Source of the DNA: an uncultured Owenweeksia sp.
GTDB lineage: Bacteria; Bacteroidota; Bacteroidia; Flavobacteriales; Schleiferiaceae
Direction: 5' to 3'
DNA: 64,000 bases
Assembly: GCA_964504345.1 (NCBI GenBank)
Contig: CAZDDX010000006.1
Location: 14,754 to 78,753 of the forward strand
Numbering within the stretch: the first letter of the stretch is position 1; every line of letters starts with the position of its first letter. Shown piece after piece: positions 43,741 to 54,617 of this stretch. The position numbers and the translations under genes were made by a program. The notes beneath the pieces are model-generated. The model ran no database searches, had not been told where the DNA came from, and saw only the letters and a list, made by a program, of their open reading frames with translations.

Positions 43741-46011
43741 TTAGGCCTGCTCCTGCAATTTAATCAGGTTCAACGCACTGCCTGCGCGGAACCAGCCGAT
43801 TTGCTGGTCGTTGTACGTGTGGTTGGCAAGGACGGTATCCTGGGAACCGTCGGCATGCTTCAAAACCAGCGTGAGGGGCTTGCCCGGCGCAAAATCCACC
43901 AAATCCGTAAAGTCAATGGCGTCGTCCTCCCGGAACAGATTGTAGTCTGCCTCGTTTCGGAAGGTCAGTGCCAACATGCCCTGTTTTTTGAGGTTGGTCT
44001 CGTGAATGCGGGCAAAACTCTTCACCAAGATGGCCTTGACGCCTAAGTGGCGCGGCTGCATGGCGGCGTGTTCGCGCGAAGATCCCTCCCCGTAGTTCTG
44101 GTCGCCCACCACCAAGGTTGGAACCCCAGCGGCCTTGTAGGCGCGTTGGACGGCGGGAACCTCTCCGTAGGTACCGGTGAGTACGTTCTTCACGGAATTG
44201 GTTTCGCCGTTGAACGCATTCACAGCACCCGTCAGGGTGTTGTTTGCGATGTTGTCCAGGTGACCGCGGAAGCGCAACCAAGGGCCGGCCATGGAAATGT
44301 GGTCTGTGGTGCACTTGCCTTGTGCCTTGATGAGCAGGCGGGCGTCGTGGATGTTCTTACCGTCCCAAGCAGGGAATTCGTCCAACAATTGCAGGCGTTC
44401 GGAACCGGGATTGACGGCAACGGAGATGGCGCTGCCGTCCGCTGCTGGGGCTTGGTAGCCGGCGTCCTCAACGGCGTAGCCGCGGGCGGGCAATTCCTCG
44501 CCGGTGGGCGGATCCAACAGCACGGCTTCGCCGTTTTTGTTGATCAATCGGTCCTTCAAGGGATTGAAATCCAATCGGCCCGCAATCGCCAAGGCGGTTA
44601 CAATTTCCGGAGAAGCTACAAAAGCGTGCGTATTGGGGTTGCCATCCGCGCGCTTGGAGAAGTTGCGGTTGAAGGAGTGAACAATTGTGTTCTTCTCTCC
44701 TTTTTCCGCTCCCGGACGGTTCCACTGACCGATGCAGGGTCCGCAGGCGTTCGCAAACACTTTGCCCCCGATGGCCTCAAACTCCGCCAACAAACCGTCG
44801 CGCTCCGCGGTGAAGCGAACCTGCTCGGACCCCGGGGTCACGGAGTATTCTGACTTGACCTCCAGGTTTTTGGTGGCTGCTTGGTGCGCCACGGAGGCCG
44901 CACGCGTCAAATCTTCGTAGGACGAGTTGGTGCAGGAACCGATCAAACCAACCTCCACCTCCATGGGCCATCCGTTTTGTTGGGCCAACGCGCCCAACTG
45001 CGAAATGGGCGTAGCCAAATCCGGCGTGAATGGGCCGTTGACGTGCGGTTCCAGGGTGGACAAATCGATTTCAATGACCTGATCAAAGTAGTGTTCTGGG
45101 TTGGCGTACACTTCTGCATCGCCGGTCAAGTCTGCCGCTACGGCATTCGCAAGGTCGGCAACCTCCGCACGTCCGGTGGCGCGCAGGTAGCGCTCCATGG
45201 AGGCGTCGTACCCAAAGGTTGAGGTGGTCGCTCCTACTTCAGCCCCCATGTTGCAGATGGTTCCCTTGCCGGTGCAGCTCAAGGATACCGCGCCGTCGCC
45301 AAAATATTCCACAATGGCACCCGTTCCGCCTTTTACGGTCAGAATGCCGGCAACTTTCAAAATAACGTCCTTGGCAGAGGCCCAACCGCTGAGTTTGCCG
45401 GTGAGCTTTACGCCGATCAACTTGGGAAACTTCAATTCCCACGCCATTCCGGCCATAACATCTACCGCGTCCGCACCGCCTACGCCAATCGCTACCATTC
45501 CCAGACCTCCGGCATTGACCGTGTGCGAGTCTGTACCGATCATCATACCGCCGGGGAAGGCGTAATTTTCCAATACCACCTGGTGAATGATGCCTGCGCC
45601 TGGCTTCCAAAAGCCAATGCCGTACTTGTTGGAGACCGACGCCAAGAAGTTGAACACTTCGTTGGACTTGTTGACGGCCTCTTGCAAATCCGGCGTTGCA
45701 CTGACGTGTGCTTGGATCAAGTGGTCGCAGTGAACCGTGGAGGGAACCGCCACCTTTTTGCGTCCGGCTTGCATGAACTGAAGCAAGGCCATCTGAGCGG
45801 TAGCATCTTGCATGGCCACGCGATCCGGAGCAAAGTCTACGTACGACTGGCCGCGGGTGAAGACTTCGGTAGCGTTGGTTTGCCACAAGTGGGCATACAA
45901 AATTTTCTCACTGAGGGTCAGTGGCTTGCCCAAGGTTTGGCGAGCTGCTTGTACTTTTTCCGGGAAGGCCGCGTAAAAGGCGCGGATCATTTCGATATCG
46001 AACACGTTCAT
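43741..46011 (-). CDS. acnA: aconitate hydratase (mitochondrial-type)
   Basis: About 756 aa with IGTDSHT and GSCTNSS, and [10 protein letters not shown] cluster ligands. I chose ATG 46011 because the -7 box at 46036-46043 overlaps the longer ORF start. Confidence 0.93.
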   Translation of the reverse strand: MNVFDIEMIRAFYAAFPEKVQAARQTLGKPLTLSEKILYAHLWQTNATEVFTRGQSYVDFAPDRVAMQDATAQMALLQFMQAGRKKVAVPSTVHCDHLIQAHVSATPDLQEAVNKSNEVFNFLASVSNKYGIGFWKPGAGIIHQVVLENYAFPGGMMIGTDSHTVNAGGLGMVAIGVGGADAVDVMAGMAWELKFPKLIGVKLTGKLSGWASAKDVILKVAGILTVKGGTGAIVEYFGDGAVSLSCTGKGTICNMGAEVGATTSTFGYDASMERYLRATGRAEVADLANAVAADLTGDAEVYANPEHYFDQVIEIDLSTLEPHVNGPFTPDLATPISQLGALAQQNGWPMEVEVGLIGSCTNSSYEDLTRAASVAHQAATKNLEVKSEYSVTPGSEQVRFTAERDGLLAEFEAIGGKVFANACGPCIGQWNRPGAEKGEKNTIVHSFNRNFSKRADGNPNTHAFVASPEIVTALAIAGRLDFNPLKDRLINKNGEAVLLDPPTGEELPARGYAVEDAGYQAPAADGSAISVAVNPGSERLQLLDEFPAWDGKNIHDARLLIKAQGKCTTDHISMAGPWLRFRGHLDNIANNTLTGAVNAFNGETNSVKNVLTGTYGEVPAVQRAYKAAGVPTLVVGDQNYGEGSSREHAAMQPRHLGVKAILVKSFARIHETNLKKQGMLALTFRNEADYNLFREDDAIDFTDLVDFAPGKPLTLVLKHADGSQDTVLANHTYNDQQIGWFRAGSALNLIKLQEQA

Positions 46012-46035
46012 GGTCAGAAGTTGCTGTGTGTACAG

Positions 46036-46043
46036 CAAAATTA
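46036..46043 (-). promoter_or_regulatory. -7 box TAATTTTG for acnA
   Basis: TAnnTTTG match 24 nt from ATG 46011. Confidence 0.45.
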
Positions 46044-46250
46044 CAAATGAAATCGCGTTTTTACTTGTTGATTTCTAACGAAAGTGGTGTTTTTCTGAGA
46101 ATTTTTTATCGTGTTGATTTTGAAATAGATGACTGTGCTCTGTAACCGCGGATACTCGCTCCATTGCACCCACAGCATCCTCTGCATCAAATACCTTTTT
46201 ACGGCTGCAGTCGGACGTAATGCGGCCTGCGTGCACGTCTACAATTTCGG

Positions 46251-46258
46251 TACCTTTG
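46251..46258 (+). promoter_or_regulatory. -7 box TACCTTTG for the permease-PBP1A-wzm-wzt chain
   Basis: TAnnTTTG match 13 nt upstream of ATG 46272. Confidence 0.5.
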
Positions 46259-46271
46259 TTTCTATAAATCC

Positions 46272-47531
46272 ATGGGTACTCGACTGATTTCACCTTTGTT
46301 TGCAGAAGGCGTAGGAATGGCCTTAGCGGCCCTGCGCGGAAATTTGTTGCGTGCAGTACTCACGGCATTGATCATCGCCATTGGAATCATGGCCTTGGTG
46401 GGCATGCTCACCAGCACTACCGCCATGGAAAGCGCCATCACCGGGCAGTTTTCCACAATGGGCGCAACGACTTTTACCCTGCAGTCCGGCGGCATGAATA
46501 TTCGGCTGGGGGGCGGCCGTCGCGTGGAGGAAAAACCCCAACCGCAAATCCCCCTGTACCAAGCCCTGGCCTTCCAGCAACGATTTACCTATCCGGGAGC
46601 CACCGTCAGCGTCTCCGATGTGCTGAGCGGGACCGCCACGGTATCCCTAGGGTCGCTAAAAACCAACCCAAACGTTCAGGTAGTGGGGGTGGACAACGGG
46701 TACTTAACCACGACGGGCTTAACCATCAACGAGGGACGACTGTTCAGCGCAACGGAGCGCAACGAAGGCAAATCCGTGGCTTGGCTTGGCTTTGACGTGG
46801 CCACCAAGTTATTCCCAGAGGGCGGTGCTTTGGGACAAACCATTCGTGTTCAAGGCCGCCCTTTTTTGGTGGTTGGTGTTTTGGCCCCCAAGGGCAACAG
46901 TGCGTTCATGGCACAGGACCAAGCCGTTTTGGTACCGGTTCGGGCGGGTCATCGCTTGTTTGGGACGCCGTCGAGCAGCTACGCAGTTCAGGTTATGGCG
47001 CCCAGTCCCGATGAATTGGACGCTTGTCTTCAGGCTTCGATGGCCCAGTTCCGAGCCTTGCGCGGCCTTCGCCCGGGTGAGGAAAACAACTTTAACGTGC
47101 GGCGCAGCGACGCCATTTCTGCAATCCTTATTGAACAGCTATCCAGCGTGTCCGTGGCCGCCGCGGTGATCGGAGCCATTACGCTCTTGGGGGCCAGTAT
47201 TTCCCTAATGAACATCATGCTGGTGTCCGTAACGGAGCGAACCCGCGAAATCGGCACGCGCAAAGCCTTGGGCGCCACGCGATCCGCCATCGCCCTTCAG
47301 TTTTTGTTGGAAGCCATCCTGGTCAGCCTGATGGGAGGATTGGTGGGTACCGTTTTGGGAATCATGGTAGGCAATGGACTGAGCTCCGCCATGGGCGGGG
47401 TTTTCATTTTGCCTTGGAATTGGATTGGATTGGCCTTTGGTGTTTGTTTGGTGGTGGGTGTTGTAGCGGGCTTTTACCCCGCACGGAAAGCCGCCGCACT
47501 AGATCCTATTGAAGCATTGCGTTATGAATAG
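46272..47531 (+). CDS. ABC transporter permease, MacB/FtsX-like (no adjacent ATPase)
   Basis: [26 protein letters not shown]-terminal helix, a large periplasmic domain, and a C-terminal FtsX domain ([12 protein letters not shown]). Confidence 0.85.
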   Translation: MGTRLISPLFAEGVGMALAALRGNLLRAVLTALIIAIGIMALVGMLTSTTAMESAITGQFSTMGATTFTLQSGGMNIRLGGGRRVEEKPQPQIPLYQALAFQQRFTYPGATVSVSDVLSGTATVSLGSLKTNPNVQVVGVDNGYLTTTGLTINEGRLFSATERNEGKSVAWLGFDVATKLFPEGGALGQTIRVQGRPFLVVGVLAPKGNSAFMAQDQAVLVPVRAGHRLFGTPSSSYAVQVMAPSPDELDACLQASMAQFRALRGLRPGEENNFNVRRSDAISAILIEQLSSVSVAAAVIGAITLLGASISLMNIMLVSVTERTREIGTRKALGATRSAIALQFLLEAILVSLMGGLVGTVLGIMVGNGLSSAMGGVFILPWNWIGLAFGVCLVVGVVAGFYPARKAAALDPIEALRYE

Positions 47532-49899
47532 TCGATTGGAAAAAATGAAAGCGACGGTCCTCCAATGGGTTACCACCTTGGTCGCCGGATACCGAAAATT
47601 GGACGCCAAAATGGCGAAATGGCCGGGCATGCAGCGGGCATGGTTGCGCAAAGGCATTCAACTGGCCGTAAGCGGAACGGTGGTCCTATTGCTCCTGATT
47701 TGGTCCATTGCTTTGGGGGCCTTTGGCATCATCCCCACCCGGGACGACATTCGGTCGGTCCGCAACGATTTGGCCACCGAAGTTTATTCGGAAGACGGGG
47801 TTTTGATTGGGAAATACTTCTTGCAAAACAGAACGGGCGCCGATTTGGAAGAAATACCGCAGTACTTGATCGATGCCTTGGTCTCAACGGAGGACGTGCG
47901 CTTTTTTGAGCACGACGGCGTAGACAGTCGATCCCTCGCGCGGGTAGTTATCAAAACCTTGGTGCTCCGAAACGAGTCATCCGGTGGCGGATCCACCATT
48001 ACGCAGCAATTGGCCAAAAATTTATTCGGCCGGGAAAACTACGGACCGTTGTCCTTGGTTCTGGCCAAGGTCAAGGAATTTATTGTGGCTCGACGCTTGG
48101 AGGAATTATACACCAAGGAACAAATTTTGGAGCTCTACCTGAATACCGTCAGCTTTGGCGAAAACGTGTACGGAATTGAAACGGCGAGCTTGCGTTACTT
48201 CAACAAGAAGCCGGTAGACTTGAACCTGGAGGAAGCTGCCGTTTTGGTGGGCTTGTTGAAAGCCAATTCCAAGTACAACCCGCGCAAGAATCCAGAAAAC
48301 GCCCGGGAACGGCGCAATGTTGTGTTGGGGCAGATGCTGAAGTACGAGTACTTGACGCAGGAGGAATACGAACAAATGTGTGCCAAACCACTGGAGATCA
48401 ACTACTATAACCTGGAAGACGAAAAGCCAGCTCCGTACTTTTTGGCGGCTATTCGCCCAGAGTTAGAAGAAATATTGACCGACTTGCGAAAACCCGACGG
48501 CTCGGAATACGATTTGGACCGGGACGGACTGGTGGTGGAAACAACACTGTCGTCCTCGTTGCAACGGTATGCCAACCAGGCAGTTTGGCGTCAAATGCAG
48601 CGCATTCAACGCAATTTCAACGCCCATTGGGGGGAGTCTGCCTGGAAGAAACTTCCTGATTTTTTGAAGCGCGAGGTGCAGAACACGGTGCTGTACAAGC
48701 GGATGAAGGCGGATGGCGCCAGCGAAGAGGAAATTGAATCGGAACTGAATAAAGAGAAGTCCATGGTGGTCTTTGCCTACACGGAAGAGGGCGACGAGCG
48801 CAAAACCATGAGCACGCTGGATTCCGTTAAATACGCGCAAGCGCTGATGTCTTGCGGCTTGGTGGCTTTGGACCCGGTACGCGGAACAGTGAAGGCCTGG
48901 GTGGGCGGCCCCAGCTTCCAGTACTTACCGTACGACCACGTTTTGTCTCGTCGGCAAACGGCCTCTGCCTTCAAACCGGTGGTGTACGCGGCGGCCTTGG
49001 AAAAAGGAATTTCGCCGTGCACCTACTTTGAAAACGAATTGAAAACGTATCCGGAATTTGTCAATTGGACTCCGGAAAACCACGACCGGATGTACGGGGG
49101 TGAATACACCATGCGCGGTGCCCTGAAGCGTTCCATCAACGTGGCTACCGTAGAGGCCCTGATGAAAACCGGCCGAGGCAACGTGGTGCGCATGGCCCGT
49201 AAGTTGGGATTCAAAGGCGAAATGGACGACCGGCCAGCAATGGCCCTGGGCGCCAACACCGCGTCTTTATTGGAGTTGGTTGCGGCGTACGGCGCATTTG
49301 CCAACGGCGGCAAGGCCTTTACCCCGGTGGCGGTGACGCGCATTACGGATCAAATGGGCAATGTCTTGTACGAACGGAAACCAACCGGCATGCGCGCGGT
49401 GATGGATACTGCCAACGTTTCCATGCTGACGGACATGCTGCGCGCGGTGATCAACGAAGGAACGGGAAACAGCGTCCGCTCCTACGGTCTCTCCGGTGAT
49501 TATGCGGGCAAAACGGGGACCGCACAGAATTACTCCGACGGTTGGTTTGTGGGCTACACACCGAAAATTGTGGCCGGCGTGTGGGTAGGTGCTTCTTCGC
49601 CTTTGGTTCACTTCCGCGATGCACGCGGCGCGGGCAACGCCACGGCCCTGCCCATTTGGGCCAATTTCATGGGCTCCGTGGAGCGTTCTGGATTGAGCCG
49701 TCGGTACGTGGTGCCCTTCAAACCGTTGTCTGCGGCCTTGGAAGAAAAAATGCGCTGTCCGGACTACAAGCCCGGCTTGATGGACGAGATCAATCAGATG
49801 TTCTTGGACGACGAAGGAACCGTGGACGATGTGCCGGTCTCTGCGCCGGAAACCAGCACGCCGGAGGCGGCTGGTGGTTTGGAACCCAAGCCCTTCTGA
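47524..49899 (+). CDS. mrcA: penicillin-binding protein 1A (bifunctional glycosyltransferase/transpeptidase)
   Basis: GT51 motifs [22 protein letters not shown] and RKxxE. Transpeptidase motifs SAFKP and KTGT. Confidence 0.9.
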   Translation: MNSRLEKMKATVLQWVTTLVAGYRKLDAKMAKWPGMQRAWLRKGIQLAVSGTVVLLLLIWSIALGAFGIIPTRDDIRSVRNDLATEVYSEDGVLIGKYFLQNRTGADLEEIPQYLIDALVSTEDVRFFEHDGVDSRSLARVVIKTLVLRNESSGGGSTITQQLAKNLFGRENYGPLSLVLAKVKEFIVARRLEELYTKEQILELYLNTVSFGENVYGIETASLRYFNKKPVDLNLEEAAVLVGLLKANSKYNPRKNPENARERRNVVLGQMLKYEYLTQEEYEQMCAKPLEINYYNLEDEKPAPYFLAAIRPELEEILTDLRKPDGSEYDLDRDGLVVETTLSSSLQRYANQAVWRQMQRIQRNFNAHWGESAWKKLPDFLKREVQNTVLYKRMKADGASEEEIESELNKEKSMVVFAYTEEGDERKTMSTLDSVKYAQALMSCGLVALDPVRGTVKAWVGGPSFQYLPYDHVLSRRQTASAFKPVVYAAALEKGISPCTYFENELKTYPEFVNWTPENHDRMYGGEYTMRGALKRSINVATVEALMKTGRGNVVRMARKLGFKGEMDDRPAMALGANTASLLELVAAYGAFANGGKAFTPVAVTRITDQMGNVLYERKPTGMRAVMDTANVSMLTDMLRAVINEGTGNSVRSYGLSGDYAGKTGTAQNYSDGWFVGYTPKIVAGVWVGASSPLVHFRDARGAGNATALPIWANFMGSVERSGLSRRYVVPFKPLSAALEEKMRCPDYKPGLMDEINQMFLDDEGTVDDVPVSAPETSTPEAAGGLEPKPF

Positions 49900-50618
49900 T
49901 GCAAACCCTTCGGTTGGGCTGGACTTTGGCCGAACGCGACCTGCGCACCCGGTACGCACAAAGTGTACTCGGGAGTTTGTGGAGTTTGGCTCAGCCGCTG
50001 GCGATGGCAACCGCGCTCTTCTTCGTGGGAAAGGCCTGGAACCGGACGGTATCCGCAGACCTGTGGCTTTTGGGTTGGGTGGTTTGGAATGTCTTTTCGT
50101 CCAGCGCGTTTGCGGGCGCCTTGGCATTGGCACACAACCGGGAATTGGTGACCAAAACAGCCATCCCTCCTTTTTCGTATCCGCTTTCTAAAGCCATCGT
50201 TGCGGCGGTGGATGGAGCCGTTGGGTTGGTTCTGTGGGGAATTTTTGCGGCGACATCCGGCGCGCATGCGAATGCCTCTCTGGCGGCTGATGCATTGGTT
50301 GCCTTTGCGGCATCGCTGGCGGGAGGTCTTGGACTGGGGGCTCTTTTGGCGCTCCCTGCCGCTCGGGTTCGGGATGTGGCGGTAGCATTGCCGTTTCTTG
50401 GGCAACTGGGATTGCTCCTCTCCCCGCTCCTGCTGGGCACCAGTACTTCTTTTTCCGAATACCTGCCTTGGATTCCCGGTTGGGGCCCGGTGCAAGCAGT
50501 ATTGAGCCAATCTTTGAGTTCCGACGTCGGGTACCAGTGGGTAGCGGCCTTGCTCCTCTTTGCAGCGGGTTATGGCGTGCTCAAGCGCTGGGGTAAACAT
50601 GCAGCGGACTGGGTATGA
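49899..50618 (+). CDS. wzm: ABC-2 type polysaccharide exporter permease (Wzm/TagG-like)
   Basis: The internal ATG overlaps the PBP1A stop (TGATG). ERDLRTRYAQSVLGSLWSLAQPL signature and 6 hydrophobic helices. Confidence 0.8.
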   Translation: MQTLRLGWTLAERDLRTRYAQSVLGSLWSLAQPLAMATALFFVGKAWNRTVSADLWLLGWVVWNVFSSSAFAGALALAHNRELVTKTAIPPFSYPLSKAIVAAVDGAVGLVLWGIFAATSGAHANASLAADALVAFAASLAGGLGLGALLALPAARVRDVAVALPFLGQLGLLLSPLLLGTSTSFSEYLPWIPGWGPVQAVLSQSLSSDVGYQWVAALLLFAAGYGVLKRWGKHAADWV

Positions 50619-51730
50619 AACCGTTCATCCACTTTGATCAACTGACCAAGAAATTCGGGGCACACACGGCCTTGGACTGTTTGTCTGGACGCTGGGAGGC
50701 CGGCTCTTCTGTGGGGATTGTGGGCGCTAACGGCGCCGGCAAGTCCACCTTGTTGCGGTTGATTTCAGGAATCTCAGCTCCATCGTCCGGGTCGCTTAAA
50801 ATATCCGGCCGGTTGGCAAGTCTCTTGGAGGTGGGGACCGGCTTTCACCCGGAGCTCACCGGTAGGGAGAACATCTTTTTGTACGGTCAAATCTTGGGGC
50901 TGCGCCGCGCTGAAATTCGCACACAACTGGATGCCATTGCCGATTTCTCTGGGGTCTCTGCGCAGTTGGATCTTCCGCTCAAACACTTTTCGTCGGGCCA
51001 GAAAATTCGGCTCGGATTTTCCGTAGCAGCACAACTGCGTTCGGACATCATTCTTCTGGACGAGATTTTGGGCGTGGGCGACGCCGCCTTCCAGCAGCAA
51101 TCTTTTGAACGCATGCAGTCCCTTTTGTCCGAAGAAGGACGCATGGTCGTTGTGGTGTCGCATCATTTGGGCACCATCCGCCGGATGTGTACCCAAGCCC
51201 TTTGGATCGACGCCGGACGCGAGCGCCTGTCTGGGTCCGTTGCCAACGTCTTGGAGGCGTATATGAATGTTCATGCGGCTCCGGAGAACTCCGGAACCCT
51301 GCCTACCAATCCGTGGGTGGCGTCCTTGCGCTGGGCAAGTTCCTTGGTAGCCGGACAACCCGCGCGGCTGGAGGTGGCGTTGAACAACAACAACCCTTTG
51401 CAGCGGCCAAACCTCCGTCTGACCCTCTTCAACCAACACGGTGAATTCTTGGCGCCGCTGAGTCCCGTAACGTCTGGACTGGGGTCCGATTGGTGGCCCG
51501 AACGCGCGCAAATCGTGTTGGAATTTGACCGTTTGCCGCTCATGCGCGGCACGTACCACTTGGGACTCCGCCTGACGGAAAACGATTTGGAGCTGGCGCA
51601 CCTGCCCATTGCGTTGCCCTTTGCCGTTGAAGAAGGACTTTATTTTCCCAACGGGGACACCTTTGCGCCGCGCTTCAACGGCCTGTGGCTGGATCCCCAT
51701 TGGACCGTAGCCTCGTCGGACCCGGCTTAA
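50615..51730 (+). CDS. wzt: polysaccharide ABC exporter ATP-binding protein (Wzt/TagH-like) with a roughly 130-aa C-terminal extension
   Basis: GANGAGKSTLL, LLEVGTGFHPELTGRENI, FSSGQKIRL and ILLDEILGVGD. The ATG overlaps the wzm stop (ATGA). Confidence 0.88.
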   Translation: MKPFIHFDQLTKKFGAHTALDCLSGRWEAGSSVGIVGANGAGKSTLLRLISGISAPSSGSLKISGRLASLLEVGTGFHPELTGRENIFLYGQILGLRRAEIRTQLDAIADFSGVSAQLDLPLKHFSSGQKIRLGFSVAAQLRSDIILLDEILGVGDAAFQQQSFERMQSLLSEEGRMVVVVSHHLGTIRRMCTQALWIDAGRERLSGSVANVLEAYMNVHAAPENSGTLPTNPWVASLRWASSLVAGQPARLEVALNNNNPLQRPNLRLTLFNQHGEFLAPLSPVTSGLGSDWWPERAQIVLEFDRLPLMRGTYHLGLRLTENDLELAHLPIALPFAVEEGLYFPNGDTFAPRFNGLWLDPHWTVASSDPA

Positions 51731-52632
51731 CGCCCTAAAAAGCCTTTGACGGACCGCTTGGTACGCATCCAGCGTTGCGCCCAGGACGCGTGCGGACCGT
51801 TTTCGTGGTGGAACAGCCCCTTCATGTACTCGGATCCCTCCGTCGGATTTAAGAGCGACTGGGGGTCAAACTCCCATGCCCCACCGGATTCGTACCCCCA
51901 CGCTTCCAAATGCGGTTGCCACAGGGGGCGAAACAAAGCTTCGTCTTCCGGCAACCACCAGCGGCGCCAATTTCCGTCTCCCCGCGTTCGGGCGATGTGG
52001 CTGAAATTTCGGGCTTGCTCCCCCTCCGCAGTTAATACCCAATCCGTCGGAATTCTGCCGGCCAAAGCGTCAAAATTCCCGCGACGGAAGTCTTCGTACC
52101 GGAGGACGGCCCATCCGGCGGCCCGTGCCTGCTTCTCAAAAGAGCGCAATCGATCCATACGAGCAGCTAAGTCCGCGAGCCAATCTTCTTGCAGCAAACC
52201 GCGAGGCCTCGCCAGCTCAGCAAACGACAGCTCACTGGGGAAGGCTTCCTTGTGCTGTACCAAGCGAAGGGCTCGCTGAAAATCGCGCGGATCCGGTTCG
52301 TGCACGTACAGCCAGCGGTAAAAAAAAGCAGACAGCCAACGGTCTCGGGGGTCGCGAAGCAGCAAAATAGGCAGGTCAAAGGATTGCCCCTGCTCCAGTG
52401 CTTGCTCCACCGTCCATCCGCGAAACGGCTCCGGCACCCGGCTTCCCCATCCGCCGGCGGGATCCACCAACAGCGCTTTCGCCGTTGCTAATTCTGGCCA
52501 GAATGGGTGCGGCTCCGGTTCAAAAAAGGCAGTCGGCCCCGGTTGATTGGGGTCCAAACCACGCGCCTGTGCCAGGCGCGCGTACACCAACGTCGTCCCG
52601 CTTTTGGGCATTCCCAGTACCAAAACCCGCAT
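51727..52632 (-). CDS. sulfotransferase family protein
   Basis: 5-prime-PSB motif GMPKSGTT at the N-terminus and 3-prime-PB motif LLRDPRDRWLSAF. Confidence 0.8.
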   Translation of the reverse strand: MRVLVLGMPKSGTTLVYARLAQARGLDPNQPGPTAFFEPEPHPFWPELATAKALLVDPAGGWGSRVPEPFRGWTVEQALEQGQSFDLPILLLRDPRDRWLSAFFYRWLYVHEPDPRDFQRALRLVQHKEAFPSELSFAELARPRGLLQEDWLADLAARMDRLRSFEKQARAAGWAVLRYEDFRRGNFDALAGRIPTDWVLTAEGEQARNFSHIARTRGDGNWRRWWLPEDEALFRPLWQPHLEAWGYESGGAWEFDPQSLLNPTEGSEYMKGLFHHENGPHASWAQRWMRTKRSVKGFLGR

Positions 52633-52649
52633 ACCGCCAAGGTAATGCG

Positions 52650-52657
52650 TATTTTTG
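52650..52657 (+). promoter_or_regulatory. -7 box TATTTTTG for the GT2 gene pair
   Basis: TAnnTTTG match 4 nt upstream of ATG 52662. Confidence 0.5.
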
Positions 52658-52661
52658 GGAG

Positions 52662-53717
52662 ATGCTTCCCTCCGTTACCGTCTTGGTGCCCAATTACCGG
52701 CACGCCCGCTACCTCCCCGAGCGGTTGGACAGCATTTTGGCCCAAACGGTGGTCCCCAATGAAGTTTTGTTGCTGGACGACTGCTCTCCAGACGACTCGT
52801 TGTCCATCTTAACGACCTACGCCGCGGAGCGACCCACCTGGCGCGTGGTGGCCAACGAGCAGAATTCCGGGAGTCCTTTTGCGCAGTGGAACAAGGGGGT
52901 TGACATGGCTACCTCCCAATACGTTTGGATTGCGGAGAGCGACGACGCCGCGGACCCGCTCCTGTTGGAGACCTTACTTCAAACCGCACAAGCGCATCCC
53001 ACCGCGGCTTTGGTGTATGCCCAAACCCTCTTGATGGACGAGGAGAGCCGCACCCTGAACTCTTTTCAGCTAAACTACGATTACCTGTTTGGTGCGCGGG
53101 CCGCCCGTTGGAAAGAACCCTATTTCGCCCGAGGGATCGACGAACTGCGCGAGTACTTCATCCTGCACAACGTCGTTCCCAATGCCAGCGGAGCGTTGAT
53201 CCGACGCGACGCCTATTTGGCTGCCGGGGGAGCAAATCCCTGGTACCGCTTGAACGGCGACTGGGCTTTTTACACGCGCTTGTTGGAGCACGGAGACATT
53301 GCCTACGTTTCGGCGCCGCTGAACCGCTTTCGGGTGCACGCGCAAACCCAACGCCAGGCCGCCAATGCCAGCGGCGCGGTGTATGAGGAGCTTTTAACGC
53401 TTGCGGATGACCTGGTGGCCCGGCATTCCCCTCCGAGCGCAATCCAAAAAAAGGCGTACCGCAATTTTGCCGCCTGGTGGGCACATTCGCTGTACCGGCA
53501 AGAATGGACAGGCCCCAAAGCATCGGAAAATGGGCGCATCAACCTGCGATTGCTCCTTCGTTTTGCCCGCATTCACCCACTGGTTCTTCTGCATATCCCG
53601 TACGAAGGCGCTGTGCGTTTGGCTGTTTTCGCGTTGGAATGCGTACATTTAAAGAAGCCGTTGCGGCGGCTGCTGCACCGTTGGTTTCCGCGCGTTTTTT
53701 TTGACCCCATTCCGTGA
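52662..53717 (+). CDS. family 2 glycosyltransferase
   Basis: The internal ATG gives MLPSVTVLVPNYRHARYLPERLDSILAQT...LLLDDCSPDDS...ESDD. Confidence 0.85.
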   Translation: MLPSVTVLVPNYRHARYLPERLDSILAQTVVPNEVLLLDDCSPDDSLSILTTYAAERPTWRVVANEQNSGSPFAQWNKGVDMATSQYVWIAESDDAADPLLLETLLQTAQAHPTAALVYAQTLLMDEESRTLNSFQLNYDYLFGARAARWKEPYFARGIDELREYFILHNVVPNASGALIRRDAYLAAGGANPWYRLNGDWAFYTRLLEHGDIAYVSAPLNRFRVHAQTQRQAANASGAVYEELLTLADDLVARHSPPSAIQKKAYRNFAAWWAHSLYRQEWTGPKASENGRINLRLLLRFARIHPLVLLHIPYEGAVRLAVFALECVHLKKPLRRLLHRWFPRVFFDPIP

Positions 53718-54586
53718 GCCTCACCGTTGTCATTCCCTGCTACAATGCCGCCGCTACGGTTGAAGCGGCAGTGGCCTCCGCGCGCGGAGCCGCACAAATT
53801 GTGGTGGTGGACGACGGTTCCCACACGGAAACCGCGATCTTCTTGGATTCTCTGTTGGCCACCAATACCTACCCCAACCTGGAAGTGGTCCGACTGCCCC
53901 AAAACGCTGGATTGGGTGCGGCGCGCAACGCCGGAGTGGCCCGCGCCACCCAGCCCTGGGTTGCGTTTTTGGATGCAGACGACGTCTACCTGTCCCATAA
54001 CGCCCAGTCCTTTCCGGAAGCGTGGGGCGTATTTGCCGCCACCCAGCCCCGCGGCCACTGGTTTTTCCATGCCGTTCGGGAGTGGTCGCCGCCGGCACCT
54101 CCCGGCCGAGTCCGTGCCGGAGATCCCGTGCGCCAACCGTCTGATTTACTGTTGAAACGTTCCCCGCTGGCCCCCAGCGCCACCGTTTTGAGTACTTCCT
54201 TGGCCCAAAAGTTTCCTTTTCAAACAGATCGACGCGTCCAAGGCACCGAAGATTTGGACCTGTGGATTCGCCTGCTCTACGCAGACTTTCGTCCCCGTCT
54301 CTGGTCCGGCCTCCCCTGGACCGCCTATCGAATCGGCACCGGAATGTCTTCCGCCCTGGGCAGCCATGCGGCTAAAATCCGCATGCAATGGGCTCGGTTT
54401 GTGCGAAACGGTTGGATTCAATCGGCGGACTTGGAGGCAGCTGAATCAGAACTGCAACGCCAACTGGCCCGCAGCTACCACAAAGCCGGCCGCTTCCTTA
54501 AAGCGCAAAAAGCCTACCAAAAGGCAGGCTTTTCGCTGAAAAATAGGCTTCTTTCCGCCGCCGCCGCCCTGGGCATCCGCCTGTAG
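53714..54586 (+). CDS. family 2 glycosyltransferase
   Basis: The GTG start overlaps the preceding stop (GTGA). LTVVIPCYNAAATV...VVVDDGS...FLDADD. Confidence 0.85.
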   Translation: MSLTVVIPCYNAAATVEAAVASARGAAQIVVVDDGSHTETAIFLDSLLATNTYPNLEVVRLPQNAGLGAARNAGVARATQPWVAFLDADDVYLSHNAQSFPEAWGVFAATQPRGHWFFHAVREWSPPAPPGRVRAGDPVRQPSDLLLKRSPLAPSATVLSTSLAQKFPFQTDRRVQGTEDLDLWIRLLYADFRPRLWSGLPWTAYRIGTGMSSALGSHAAKIRMQWARFVRNGWIQSADLEAAESELQRQLARSYHKAGRFLKAQKAYQKAGFSLKNRLLSAAAALGIRL

Positions 54587-54617
54587 TACGGCGGCCGGGC
54601 AGCCAGATAATTGGGTA

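Noticed and set aside
46075-46293. 72-aa minus-strand ORF in the acnA/permease intergenic region, and a 32-aa plus-strand ORF from ATG 46047.
   Set aside because: The 72-aa ORF overlaps the permease start and its promoter box. Neither has a recognisable motif or a consensus promoter. The region is kept only as an unexplained intergenic finding.
49267-51700. Long minus-strand ORFs 49267..50133, 49794..50600 and 50774..51700.
   Set aside because: They are antisense to PBP1A, wzm and wzt, are Arg/Pro/Gly-rich, and have no family resemblance.
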